A stretch of 64,000 bases of DNA from Acidobacteriaceae bacterium (GTDB lineage: Bacteria > Acidobacteriota > Terriglobia > Terriglobales > Acidobacteriaceae): positions 7,570-71,569 of the forward strand of contig PLPU01000446.1 in assembly GCA_003159975.1 (NCBI GenBank). Direction: 5' to 3'. The notes under the pieces were generated by a model. The model saw only the letters and a list, made by a program, of their open reading frames with translations, did no database searches and was not told the origin of the DNA. Positions 42,086 through 51,797 of this stretch are shown here, piece after piece. Made by a program: the position numbers and the translations under genes. Positions within the stretch are counted from its first letter, which is position 1; each line of letters begins with the position of its first letter.

Positions 42086-43000
42086 ATGGGCTTTGCGGTG
42101 ATTTCGTTCTTCATCATGTTCCTGCTGATCGCGAGCGGGGGGCTGCTGCTGTTCTATCGCGAAGCCATGCTCCAGCGGATTTCCGAGGTGATCAACCCGC
42201 AGGCTAAGCCGAAAACCCTGTTGAGCACCATTCAACAAACGGGCTTTTCGATTGGCGGCGTGGTGGAGCACTTCGAAAATGTCCTCCCCAAGAGCCAGGC
42301 CGAGGTCGGAGTCGCCATGAAGCGCCTCACCCGAGGCGGCCTCCGCAATGAGTCCGCGGTCAAGGTCTTCTACGGCGCCAAGGTAGTGGTTCCCGTGATT
42401 CTTTGCATCCTCGCCTTAGTCAGCGGACTGGCGCACCTCATCGGCCCCTTCATCTATTTGCTGTGCCTTGGCCTCGGGTTCCTGATCCCGGACTTCTGGC
42501 TGGGCGCGCGGATCAAGGGCCGCCAGAAACGGATGCGGCGAGGGCTGCCGGACGTCCTCGATCTGCTGATCATCTGCGTTGAGGCCGGACTCAGCCTGGA
42601 CCAGGCGACCGCGCGCACTTCAGTTGAATTGGCTCTGGCGCAGCCCGAGTTGTGCGACGAATTGAATATCGTCGTCCTGGAGCAGCGCGCCGGGCGCGCC
42701 CGTTCTGAAGCCTGGAAAAACCTCGCGGAGCGCACCGGCGAGGACAGCATTCGAAGCCTGGTCAACATGCTGGTTCAGTCGGAACAGTTTGGAACCAGCA
42801 TCGCCAAGACATTGCGCGTTCATTCCGATACCCTGAGAACCCAGCGCGTGCAGCAGGTTGAAGAAGCGGCGGCAAAGACCACCATTAAATTGATCTTTCC
42901 GCTTGTCTTTTTCATCTTTCCCTCGCTCTTCCTGGTTACTCTGGGGCCTGCGATCATTATCATGGTCGATTCGTTCTCATCCACGTTCGGGGCTAAGTGA
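42086..43000 (+). CDS. tadC: TadC (T2SS F-family) inner-membrane platform protein
   Basis: LPDVLDLLIICVEAGLSLDQA, QSEQFGTSIAKTLR, KLIFPLVFFIFP. Confidence 0.9.
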   Translation: MGFAVISFFIMFLLIASGGLLLFYREAMLQRISEVINPQAKPKTLLSTIQQTGFSIGGVVEHFENVLPKSQAEVGVAMKRLTRGGLRNESAVKVFYGAKVVVPVILCILALVSGLAHLIGPFIYLLCLGLGFLIPDFWLGARIKGRQKRMRRGLPDVLDLLIICVEAGLSLDQATARTSVELALAQPELCDELNIVVLEQRAGRARSEAWKNLAERTGEDSIRSLVNMLVQSEQFGTSIAKTLRVHSDTLRTQRVQQVEEAAAKTTIKLIFPLVFFIFPSLFLVTLGPAIIIMVDSFSSTFGAK

Positions 43001-43014
43001 AAGGAGTTGGCAGA

Positions 43015-43110
43015 ATGGACAGTACTACCATTATTCAGATTGTCGCCGGCGTCTTATTTGTCGTCGTGTTGATCGTTCTGATTCAGCGCCGTCGCACCCG
43101 CGTTAAATAG
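43015..43110 (+). CDS. 31-aa single-pass membrane micro-protein, copy 1 (MDSTTIIQIVAGVLFVVVLIVLIQRRRTRVK)
   Basis: Translated by hand and absent from the ORF track. AAGGAG RBS. Paralogous to copy 2 with mostly synonymous differences. Confidence 0.85.
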   Translation: MDSTTIIQIVAGVLFVVVLIVLIQRRRTRVK

Positions 43111-43284
43111 CGGGTCTGGCGGAGAAGTTTTCAGCGGCGCCTTGCAAAGGCCAGGGATTCCGCTGACAAGTGCCGCGTTGAACAGAATCGGGAACACCGC
43201 CGCTTTGCCCGGCGCGTGTCGCTCGCGTTCTGTCATGACTCGGAAGCGGAAATAGCAGCTTGTTCACCGAAAGGGGAGTTTTCC

Positions 43285-43380
43285 ATGGATAGCACTACGA
43301 TTATCCAAATCGTCGCCGGAGTGTTGTTTGTCATCGTACTGATCATTCTGATTCAGCGCCGCCGAACCAGGGTCAAGTAG
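43285..43380 (+). CDS. 31-aa single-pass membrane micro-protein, copy 2 (MDSTTIIQIVAGVLFVIVLIILIQRRRTRVK)
   Basis: Translated by hand. AAGGGGAG RBS. 29/31 aa identical to copy 1. Confidence 0.85.
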   Translation: MDSTTIIQIVAGVLFVIVLIILIQRRRTRVK

Positions 43381-43710
43381 TACGGGATTTGCAAAAGCGC
43401 CGGAGGAGCCGCGCAGGTGCGCGGTTGCCCTCGGCCAGATTCGATAGTCCCATCTGCCCAAAATGGCTGCCCACTGGCATTGATTGTCTCTGGGAGATGC
43501 TCTCGGCAGGGGAAGTAGGTGGCGTACGCCCTTGCGCGGCCCAACTGGGCACCGCACCGCGGCCTGCATTGGGTATGCATTTTTAAACCCGGCGATCGCC
43601 GTCTGAGATGCTGGTTCGTAGCTTTCACCGGCTGCACCGATGTCGAATTGACAACTGGGATGCCCTCACAACACCCGGTTGCCGGGTAACCGCCGCGGGC
43701 GGGAGGCTTT

Positions 43711-44679
43711 ATGGATTCACAAAAGGTTTGCGCGTACAACCAAACTCGCGAGTGCTTTCTCGGCCTGGAGGTCACCGCGGCCGACGTTCCCTACGCGAGC
43801 CTCAAAGACATGCTGTTGACGCTTGCATTGCAGTCCGGCGAGGGCCTCTGGATGAATCCGTTCCGGGGCATCCCGGATTCAGGCGTCAGCGCCCCGCTCG
43901 ATCTCATCTATCTGGACGAGGATTGCCGGGTTACCGACCTGGTCGAGTCGTTCCCGACATTTCGCATCACCCCATTGAGCCCCCAGCCCGCCAGCGTCCT
44001 GGCGCTGCCCACCCACTCGATCTATTCGTCCCAGACCCAGACCGGCGATCAGCTCATGCTCTGCCCCGCCGATGAAATGGAGCGCCGCCTCGAAGGATTC
44101 TCCAGTTCCAGCATCACCGGAGCCGTGCAAGGCGCGGTGCTCCTGAGAGAAAAACCGCTGTGGAGCGGTGGCCCGGGAGTCTTGCAGCTAAAGCCCCGCT
44201 CCGACGAAGTCGAGATCGACCTGAATCCCGAAAAGCCGCATGAAATGGAGCTGATCGAACCGGGTATGACCGACGTCAAGCCGCCCAAGCACTGGCTGGA
44301 ACGCTGGTGGTCTCCCGATCCCAGGAAGGCGCCTCGGATACCGGCCTCCGGCCTGGCTGCATATTATTGGACCGGCGCCGCTCCCCAGGCGCGCAACATC
44401 AAGGACATCAGTTCCACCGGCCTCTATGTGGTCACCGAAGAGCGCTGGTACCCCGGCACCCTGGTCCTCATGACCCTGCAACGGACAGACCTCGGAGATG
44501 AATCCGCCGAGCGCTCCATCTCTGTGCATTCCCGCGCGGTCCGCTGGGGAAATGACGGCGTAGGCCTCCAATTCGTGATGAAAAGCTCCCTGACCCCCGA
44601 GCAGGGAAGAAACGCTCTCGTTGACGGGGTCAACAGAAAAGAGCTGGAAAGGTTCCTGAGACTTCTGAAAAAGGGCTGA
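43711..44679 (+). CDS. DUF192-like domain fused to a C-terminal PilZ domain
   Basis: N-domain GEGLWMNP...PLDLIYLD...SVLALP resembles DUF192. C-domain has RKAPR (RxxxR), DISSTG (DxSxxG) and AVRW...GVGLQF. Confidence 0.75.
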   Translation: MDSQKVCAYNQTRECFLGLEVTAADVPYASLKDMLLTLALQSGEGLWMNPFRGIPDSGVSAPLDLIYLDEDCRVTDLVESFPTFRITPLSPQPASVLALPTHSIYSSQTQTGDQLMLCPADEMERRLEGFSSSSITGAVQGAVLLREKPLWSGGPGVLQLKPRSDEVEIDLNPEKPHEMELIEPGMTDVKPPKHWLERWWSPDPRKAPRIPASGLAAYYWTGAAPQARNIKDISSTGLYVVTEERWYPGTLVLMTLQRTDLGDESAERSISVHSRAVRWGNDGVGLQFVMKSSLTPEQGRNALVDGVNRKELERFLRLLKKG

Positions 44680-44829
44680 ATCTCCCACATTCTCGAGAGT
44701 TTGTACCAAAAGTAACCACAATATCAATCTATGGTAATATGGTGTCATTACGATTGGCGGGTCAATTTGACGCTAACGAGGGATTGTGGAGTCGGACTAT
44801 TCAGTGAACAGTAGATGAAGGGGAACAAT

Positions 44830-45402
44830 ATGTCTGCACGAAATGGTTTTGGGCGACAAGCCAGGATCTCCGCTCAAGGGGGTAAGCCTCCCGCGGACTC
44901 CAAAGGTGTGCGTGTCCAGACCCGGTCGCGAGTGGCCAGGGTCGGCGCTTTCCTTCGCTCCCGCAACGAGGGGCAGGCACTGGTTGAGATCGCCATTGCG
45001 CTCCCGTTGTTGCTGATTCTGCTCACGGGCATTTTCACATTCGGAATCGCGTACATCAATGAAATGACACTGCAAAGTGCCGTGGGGTCGGCGGCGCAGT
45101 TGGTCGCGGTCAGCCGCGGGTCCAGTACAGATCCTTGTGCCACAGCGTATGGGGCGCTGAAGGAAGCGGCGCCGAACTTCAACGCAACAAACTTGGGCGC
45201 CGGCCTGACGGTCACGGTCAATGGGACAGCTTCTACAAAAGGAGAAACCGCCTGCGCCACAGACTTGGGGACCACGTATGGTGCGAGCTCGGGGAAATCC
45301 GTCTCGGTTTCCGCGACCTATCCTTGCACTATCGGTGTTTACGGAAGAAACTTTGCACCAACCTGCCAGCTTGCGGCAACAGTATCGGAGTTGGAGTACT
45401 GA
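44830..45402 (+). CDS. tadE: TadE-family minor pilin
   Basis: Prepilin cleavage motif EG/QALVEIAIALPLLLILLTGI. Start uncertain (44815 or 44830). Confidence 0.85.
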   Translation: MSARNGFGRQARISAQGGKPPADSKGVRVQTRSRVARVGAFLRSRNEGQALVEIAIALPLLLILLTGIFTFGIAYINEMTLQSAVGSAAQLVAVSRGSSTDPCATAYGALKEAAPNFNATNLGAGLTVTVNGTASTKGETACATDLGTTYGASSGKSVSVSATYPCTIGVYGRNFAPTCQLAATVSELEY

Positions 45403-45445
45403 ATCGGAGTTTGAGTACTAACGCAAAACCATCGAGGTCAACGCA

Positions 45446-47287
45446 ATGAAAATGATTTCTAAGTCGTCCTTTACCGAAAAGTTCCTCAATAACCAGAGCG
45501 GGCAGGTGCTTATCTGGGTCGTTTTGGGATTTCTCTCTTTGGTTGCCATGGCCGGCCTCGTTATTGACGGCGGCTTGGCCTATGCCGATAACGCAAACCT
45601 TCAGAACACCGCCAATGCGGCGGCCCTGGCCGCGGCTGGCGAGGTGTACTTGTCTTCAGGAAGCGGCGACGCAACCGCTTTCGGAAACCAGTATAGTGCC
45701 TCGGCCGGAGAAACGAACTCCAGCAGCACGCTGCGGGAAACGGGCACTGTCGCGACCGTCATCACGCCGGTTTGCCTGAACCTGCTCGAGCCGAATGGTG
45801 AAACCTGCGGAACCAGTTCGCCCAAAAACGCTGTCCACGCCTACCAGACGAACACCATCAACACATTCTTCATGAGGTTCTTCGGCGTTCCTACGCTGAC
45901 AGTCAAAGCCGAGGCGACGGCGACGATGAATAGCGTTGCGAATAATTGGAATGTAGCCATCATTGAAGATGCTTCGGGGTCGATGTCCACCACCGACTCC
46001 AACTGTACCGGCAGCCCCACGGAATTCCAGTGCGCGCTGCAGGGAATTCAGACGCTGCTGGGATCCATCAACCCGTGCCAATTTGGCCAGACCACCTGCA
46101 CCAACGCGGACGCAAACTTCCACGTCAGCCTTTGGACATTCCCCAACATCATCACGACGGATCTCCCGGTGGCCAACGCTTGCAGCGGCACAACCTATAC
46201 TGAGCCTTTGCCGTATCAGGTGCTGACCCTTCCAACTCCCGGAGTCACGGGCTACACGCCGCTCACATACGCCTATCCAAACGGGACCAAATGGTCTGCG
46301 AGCTATGAGGTCACATACGGAGCGAGCGATGCGGACGCCAATGGCTTTGTGAGCGACTACTACCAAGCCAACTCCCCATCCACGGGGAATCTGAATCCCA
46401 GTTCCTCCATCGTGAAGGCGGTGGGAAATGGCGGCAACGGAGGAACGGTCGGCTGCTTGCCCGTCTCCCCAAACGGTATTGCTCTGAACGGCGCTACGGG
46501 TACCGGCACTTCCAACTCCATCGTCAACACCGTGAACGTCGGCGAGGGCATCACCTACTACGCGGCCGTACTCTATGCGGCGCAGTCGGCATTGCTCGCC
46601 GAGCAAGCCGTGCCCGGCAATACGAACTCGCAGAACGCGATCATCCTGCTCAGCGACGGACAGGCGAACACCCAGTGGATTTATTTTCCGCAGGGTTCTC
46701 TCTCGCAGACGCCGTCGGCCAACACTTCCACGAAGTCCACAATTGTGACCGGCACGGGATATCCAACCGGGTACGACACGTTGAAAAGCACTCCGAACAC
46801 GAGCGCATATGTAGCTGCCCATTACACGACCCCAACCTCGGAAGCCACCGGGTCGGTCTCCGGTCTGTATCCTGACTTCTTCGATGAATGCCAGCAGGCA
46901 ATTCTGGCTGCCCAGGCCGCCACAAAGGCGGGAACCACGGTCTACGCGGTCGCCTATGGCTCGGAGCAGTCGGGATGCGGCTCCGGAAGCCACGCCGACG
47001 ACTTTACCGATGTCACGATGACGGCCACCGGGTCTAACCTCCTTGTGCCTCTGAACGCATCTTTCTCGTCGGCTTCGGCGCTTACGCCGTGCATCACGAT
47101 GGAGAATATTGCCTCCTCTATTGCCACCGGCTCGAGCACTTTCTACTCCGACTATCTTCAAAGCGGTTCCGGAGTCAGTACCAGTTGCCAGTCGGCGTCG
47201 AATCCGGAAACTCAGATAGCCGACATCTTCTCGGCAATCGCGGCCAGCTTTACCAAGCCGCGGTTGATTCCCAACACTGCCACGTAG
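45446..47287 (+). CDS. tadG: TadG-like minor pilin/adhesin with vWA domain
   Basis: SG/QVLIWV...GLVIDGG...LQNTANAAALAAA Tad N-terminus. MIDAS-like DASGSMS and IILLSDG. Cys- and Ser/Thr-rich. Confidence 0.8.
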   Translation: MKMISKSSFTEKFLNNQSGQVLIWVVLGFLSLVAMAGLVIDGGLAYADNANLQNTANAAALAAAGEVYLSSGSGDATAFGNQYSASAGETNSSSTLRETGTVATVITPVCLNLLEPNGETCGTSSPKNAVHAYQTNTINTFFMRFFGVPTLTVKAEATATMNSVANNWNVAIIEDASGSMSTTDSNCTGSPTEFQCALQGIQTLLGSINPCQFGQTTCTNADANFHVSLWTFPNIITTDLPVANACSGTTYTEPLPYQVLTLPTPGVTGYTPLTYAYPNGTKWSASYEVTYGASDADANGFVSDYYQANSPSTGNLNPSSSIVKAVGNGGNGGTVGCLPVSPNGIALNGATGTGTSNSIVNTVNVGEGITYYAAVLYAAQSALLAEQAVPGNTNSQNAIILLSDGQANTQWIYFPQGSLSQTPSANTSTKSTIVTGTGYPTGYDTLKSTPNTSAYVAAHYTTPTSEATGSVSGLYPDFFDECQQAILAAQAATKAGTTVYAVAYGSEQSGCGSGSHADDFTDVTMTATGSNLLVPLNASFSSASALTPCITMENIASSIATGSSTFYSDYLQSGSGVSTSCQSASNPETQIADIFSAIAASFTKPRLIPNTAT

Positions 47288-47312
47288 ACTCCGGCATAAC
47301 TCAAGGCATCGC

Positions 47313-47350
47313 AACCGGCGGGCTTGTTCATCGAGCCCGCCGGTTTTTTT
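47313..47350 (+). terminator. Intrinsic terminator between convergent tadG and the TonB-like gene
   Basis: 12-bp stem AACCGGCGGGCT/AGCCCGCCGGTT running into a T7 tract. Confidence 0.85.
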
Positions 47351-47351
47351 G

Positions 47352-48830
47352 TTACTCGATGTCAGGAATAATCAGCATCACTTCTACCCGCTTCGGCTGG
47401 CCACCTTGTAGCGCGGCCCGAAACTCCCACTGAGCCAGCGAATCCAGCACGAATCTAGACTGGGGAAACTCCGGCGGGAAGACGATTTTAAGTTGCTCGA
47501 AACGGCCGTCCGTATTCACAAAGCCATGAATGATAAGTGCATCGGCATTCAAGTCTTCCGAAGCAATGTTAGGCCGCACAATGCTATAGGCCCACGGCGC
47601 CTCCAGGTGCGCCGTGTTACCCCCCGATGCCGCATCGTCGGAGCGGGGAAGCGAGTACTGGAAGATCCAGCTCTTGGCAAGACCTACATGCAGGTAAACC
47701 GTGTAGGCCATCCTGCCGCCCCATAACCTCGCAGTCTCGGGATACTTATCCTCCAGCGAAACTCCCACTACCACCGAACTAAACTGGCCGGTCCTGGGCA
47801 GAGTAATATGCGTAGTTGCGGGCCGCGCTGCCGGGCCTTCATCCGTATCTGACTCCTTCGCGGTCCCCGTGTCGTTCCCGTTTCCAGTTCCGTTGCCGGG
47901 AGTTGGCCAGATCTTTGCGCCCGTTCCATTGGCTGCGGCTCCGGCGGGAGCTGTCGCGCCTTTCGCATTGCCTGTCCCCGTCCCCACTGTCATTGTTCCA
48001 CCGCTGCCGTTCGGGCTGGTGCTGATGTTAGTGCGCGCGGAGGCATTTCCCTGTCCCTGCATCAGCATTCCAGGAGCGGAATCGGAGGAGCTTGCGTTCG
48101 CCGGTGGAAGGATAACTTTCCCTTCCGTCATGCGCACATCGGAGATAGATACCACCGCGGTAGGAGTCGGTTGCGCCGATGACACCGAGCTGGTGGTTGG
48201 CACCGCTTGCGGAAGCTCCGGTCCCTTCACAACCACCGGAGATGTTGTGCTGGGTAGAATGGGAATCTTCTGCTGAGACAGATCGGTGGCCGAGATACGA
48301 ACGTCAGCCAGCCTCGCCTCTCGATTGGGTAGTACGGGTGAAGCAAGAACCTGAGCGGCAGTTAGCTTTACCGGTGGGGGCGGAATGATGCTCTTTACCG
48401 GTAATTGCTCGGGCGACCAGAGGACGACGGTCGGAAGCGGAATATCCTGCGGGAGTTTCAGAAGGTTCTTGAGTTTCGGCTGCAGTAATGTCTGGTGTGC
48501 AACCGGTGCTTCCGTGGCCTGCCGCAGCACTGCTTCCTGTTGGGCGGAACTCACACCCTCGGGAATCTTCTTCGCGTTGGGATAAGGGCTGGGAGAGTCT
48601 GAGCCGCTGGCTGGATGCTGCCTCGCCGGCTCGGGCAAATGCAGCTCCAGGTTGCGTACGGTCAATCGCTCGTCGAGTATGCGATTCCTCAATGGCGGCG
48701 GGTGCAGGAGGCCATACGCTACCAGAGCGATAACCGCTCCGTGCACCAGAATCGATACAGCAAACGAAGGCGACTTCCGGCCCAGCTCGGGTCGTTCCGA
48801 AAACAGCGTGATCGTTTGGGAAGACCTCAT
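47352..48830 (-). CDS. Membrane-anchored Pro-rich protein with TonB-C-like C-terminus
   Basis: N-terminal TM with SxxxH (SILVHG), Pro-rich and Gly/Thr-rich spacer, C-terminal VNTDG...LAQWEFRAA..GGQPKRVEV. Confidence 0.6.
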   Translation of the reverse strand: MRSSQTITLFSERPELGRKSPSFAVSILVHGAVIALVAYGLLHPPPLRNRILDERLTVRNLELHLPEPARQHPASGSDSPSPYPNAKKIPEGVSSAQQEAVLRQATEAPVAHQTLLQPKLKNLLKLPQDIPLPTVVLWSPEQLPVKSIIPPPPVKLTAAQVLASPVLPNREARLADVRISATDLSQQKIPILPSTTSPVVVKGPELPQAVPTTSSVSSAQPTPTAVVSISDVRMTEGKVILPPANASSSDSAPGMLMQGQGNASARTNISTSPNGSGGTMTVGTGTGNAKGATAPAGAAANGTGAKIWPTPGNGTGNGNDTGTAKESDTDEGPAARPATTHITLPRTGQFSSVVVGVSLEDKYPETARLWGGRMAYTVYLHVGLAKSWIFQYSLPRSDDAASGGNTAHLEAPWAYSIVRPNIASEDLNADALIIHGFVNTDGRFEQLKIVFPPEFPQSRFVLDSLAQWEFRAALQGGQPKRVEVMLIIPDIE

Positions 48831-49206
48831 GATCGGCTGAACTCCCTATGCGGAATCGTCTGGAAAATGGATAGTGATCCCATTCTATACACACTCTGCA
48901 AAGACGGCATGAATGAAGCTCCATCCCCCGTTAGTAATCAATAAGTAATCTTGTTTTGCGCTCGTTAGGTCTGGGTGCTCATAGCTCTCTTGATACCTCT
49001 TGCATTTGATTCAGCCTTCGTGACTTATTTGTGTGGACAGTAAGGAAAAAAGTGTACACTGGTCACACGCTAGCCCTTGCTTGACTCTCTGTTTACGCTA
49101 CCCTCAGGGTCCAGCGCGGAACCTAAACTCGACTCATGGGTCTTGCAATCGACCCAAGGGCCAGCAAGGATGAACTGGCCAGGTTACCAGTTCAAACAGG
49201 CTTTCT

Positions 49207-50058
49207 ATGAACCGAAGACTACTTACGATTCTCCTCCTGGCTTTCGTGATTGCCTCGGCATGCGGCTTCCTCGTATGGCGGCTCGTGGGCAAGCAATTGA
49301 ACCAGGCCAAACCGGTGCCCTCCACGAAAGTGGTTGCGGCTGCCACCGACATCAAACTCGGAGCGGTTCTCACTGCGGCTAACCTGTCCACCATCGAGAT
49401 CAACGGAGCGCTGCCCAAGGGCGTTCTGCTTCGGCCGGAAAATGCGATTGGCCGGGGCGTGATCTCCGACATCTATGCGGGCGAGCCGATTAACGAAAAC
49501 CGCCTTGCCGCGGTTGGTTCAGGCGGTGGATTGGCAGCCACCATTCCTCAGGGGATGCGAGCGACCGCAGTCAAGGTCGACGATGTCGTGGGCGTGGCCG
49601 GCTTCGTCACTCCGGGAATGCGCGTGGACGTTCTCATCTCGGGCAATCCCCCGGGAGATCAGGCTCGCAACCTGGAAACCGGCACATTGACCCAGACGCT
49701 GCTGCAAAACATTCAGGTTTTGTCGGCCGGTCAGGATATTCAAAAGGACGCCGAGGGCAAACCGCATCCGGTTCAAGTCGTTAACCTGCTCGTGACGCCG
49801 GAGCAGGCCGAAACGCTGAGCCTGGCGAGCAACCAGACAAAAATCCAGCTTGTGTTGCGGAACCCGCTCGATACCACGATCAACCAGGTTCCCGGTACCG
49901 CCATGGTCAACCTCTTTGCGGGCCAGGCGCCGCCCAAGGTCGTGAAAGTCGCGGCAAAGCCAAAGGTCGTGAAAGCCCCCCCGGCCTTTTCAATCGAAGT
50001 CATTAACGGTAACAAACGGAGTGAAGCAAAATTCGGTACTCCCGGGGGAACGCAGTGA
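49207..50058 (+). CDS. cpaB: Flp pilus assembly protein CpaB/RcpC
   Basis: SAF domain VVAAATDIKLG, IPQGMRA.AVKVDDVVGVAGF..PG.RVDVL, LLQNIQVL, LVTPEQAE.L, LVLRNP.D. Confidence 0.92.
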   Translation: MNRRLLTILLLAFVIASACGFLVWRLVGKQLNQAKPVPSTKVVAAATDIKLGAVLTAANLSTIEINGALPKGVLLRPENAIGRGVISDIYAGEPINENRLAAVGSGGGLAATIPQGMRATAVKVDDVVGVAGFVTPGMRVDVLISGNPPGDQARNLETGTLTQTLLQNIQVLSAGQDIQKDAEGKPHPVQVVNLLVTPEQAETLSLASNQTKIQLVLRNPLDTTINQVPGTAMVNLFAGQAPPKVVKVAAKPKVVKAPPAFSIEVINGNKRSEAKFGTPGGTQ

Positions 50059-51620
50059 GATCGAAAGCTGGAATCAACATCGCTTCTCTCAGCGCATTGT
50101 GTGTTTTCCTCTGCGCTGTGTCGGGCCTGCAGGCTCAAACTTCTCCGGCACTGGCGCCGGCGGCTCAGGCAGGAGCTTCCCTTCAGGACTCGGCGAATGA
50201 GCTTTCAGTTGCCGTTGGAAAAATGGTACTGGTGGATACCGCTCAGCCGATCGCCCGCGTAGCACTTGGGCTGGCTGAGGTGGCCGAAGTTCAAGCGCTC
50301 AACCCGACCGAGGTCATGGTAACCGGCAAGACTGCTGGAGAAACCAGCCTCATTATCTGGGATGTCAAGGGTGGCCGTCAGTTCTTCAATGTGACGGTGC
50401 GGGCGAGTACGACTGGATTGGACGACAGCCTCGAAGGCATTCGCCGCGAACTTAGAGCCGAGCTCCCCGGACAAGCTCTCAAGGTCACCTCCGACAACGG
50501 CATCATCTTCCTGCGCGGCACGGTCAAGAATCTCAATAACTCCGCGCGCGCGGAAAAGATTGCCTCCACGGGCGGAAAAGTTGTCAACCTGCTCAACGTC
50601 GATGTGCCACCGGCAGACCCGCAAATCCTGCTCAAGGTTCGCTTTGAAAGCGTCGACCGCACCAAAGAGACTCAATTGGGCATCAACCTGTTCAGCAGCG
50701 GGTTCGGAAACACGATCGGCGCAGTCACCACCGGCCAATTCTCGCCGCCAGGGCTTAACCTTCCCACAGGAGGTACTTCGGCGGTGGCGCCGACCATTTC
50801 GAATCAGTTGAATCTGTTTGCGTTCTTGCCCGGCCTGAATCTCGGCGCGACCTTGCAGGCCCTTGAGCAGAGACAGTTGGCTGAAGTTCTTGCGCAGCCC
50901 AATATCATTGCCGCGAACGGCAAGGAAGCCAGCTTCCTGGCCGGCGGAGAGTATCCGTATCCGCAGGTTCAGGGCTCTTCTTCCGCGGTCGGCGGAGCAG
51001 TTACCATCCAGTTCAAGGAGTATGGCGTTCGGCTCAATTTCATTCCGACCATTACTCCCCGCGGAACCATCCGGCTTCAGGTAGCCCCGGAAGTCAGCAC
51101 ACTTGACTTCACCAATGGCATCGAGATATCGGGATTCGATGTGCCCGGCATAGACACCCGGAGGGTGAACACCGAGGTCGAATTGGCAGATGGTCAAAGT
51201 TTTGCTATCGGCGGACTGCTGGACGACACCGACAACGAAACCTTCATGAAAATCCCTTTCCTGGGAGATATTCCGATCCTGGGCAAGTTTTTCCAATCGA
51301 TGCAGAAAACCAAGGTCAGCACTGAGCTGATCGTGATTGTGACGCCGGAGATCGTGACGCCCATCGAAGCCGGGGCAACCCTGCCCGAGCCAAAGTACCC
51401 AGGAAAGTTCCTGCCGCCTAACTCCGGCATCCCAATGAACAATCCTGACGCAAAGACCGCCGCTAACACCCCGGCGCCCGCACCGCCATCCCTTCCCGTC
51501 GAGAAGCTGATTGACAGCATGAGACCCGAGAGGCCGTTGATCATTGAAAGTGGTTCTGGAACCTTTGGCGCCTCATCGGGCAGCGGGGCCAGTGCCGCGT
51601 CGAGCGCTCCGCCGCAGTAG
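50055..51620 (+). CDS. cpaC: Tad secretin CpaC/RcpA
   Basis: Signal peptide, GK.AGETSLIIW, BON-like segment, ASFLAGGEYP, KEYGVRL.F.P, IPFLGDIPILGKFF, ELIVIVTP. Confidence 0.92.
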   Translation: MRSKAGINIASLSALCVFLCAVSGLQAQTSPALAPAAQAGASLQDSANELSVAVGKMVLVDTAQPIARVALGLAEVAEVQALNPTEVMVTGKTAGETSLIIWDVKGGRQFFNVTVRASTTGLDDSLEGIRRELRAELPGQALKVTSDNGIIFLRGTVKNLNNSARAEKIASTGGKVVNLLNVDVPPADPQILLKVRFESVDRTKETQLGINLFSSGFGNTIGAVTTGQFSPPGLNLPTGGTSAVAPTISNQLNLFAFLPGLNLGATLQALEQRQLAEVLAQPNIIAANGKEASFLAGGEYPYPQVQGSSSAVGGAVTIQFKEYGVRLNFIPTITPRGTIRLQVAPEVSTLDFTNGIEISGFDVPGIDTRRVNTEVELADGQSFAIGGLLDDTDNETFMKIPFLGDIPILGKFFQSMQKTKVSTELIVIVTPEIVTPIEAGATLPEPKYPGKFLPPNSGIPMNNPDAKTAANTPAPAPPSLPVEKLIDSMRPERPLIIESGSGTFGASSGSGASAASSAPPQ

Positions 51621-51797
51621 GCATAAGCATTCCGGCTGTCTTAACAGGCAGCAGGGCTGCTGTACAGGCAAAAACCTGGAATTCTCGGCTATCTCTTGAA
51701 GGGCGCGTTGTCTGCGCCCTTCAAAGTGTCTCAAGCTAGAAATGATACCCGCCTGAGATTTCCGTTCGAGACAGGCGAGAGGTTTCGAGGCAACCGG

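Noticed and set aside
40820-42271. 483-aa minus-strand ORF
   Set aside because: Antisense shadow of cpaF/tadB/tadC in GC-rich DNA with no recognisable motifs.
43015-43380. Duplicated 96-nt segment as a CRISPR, REP element or pilin
   Set aside because: Only two copies, differences concentrate at third codon positions, and there is no prepilin motif. Better explained as paralogous small genes.
45656-47314. 552-aa minus-strand ORF
   Set aside because: Antisense shadow of tadG with Arg/Gly/Val-biased composition.
48905-48920. CGGCATGAATGAAGCT as a sigma54 promoter for cpaB
   Set aside because: GG-N10-GC spacing is right but it lacks TTGC and is about 290 nt upstream. Too weak to call.
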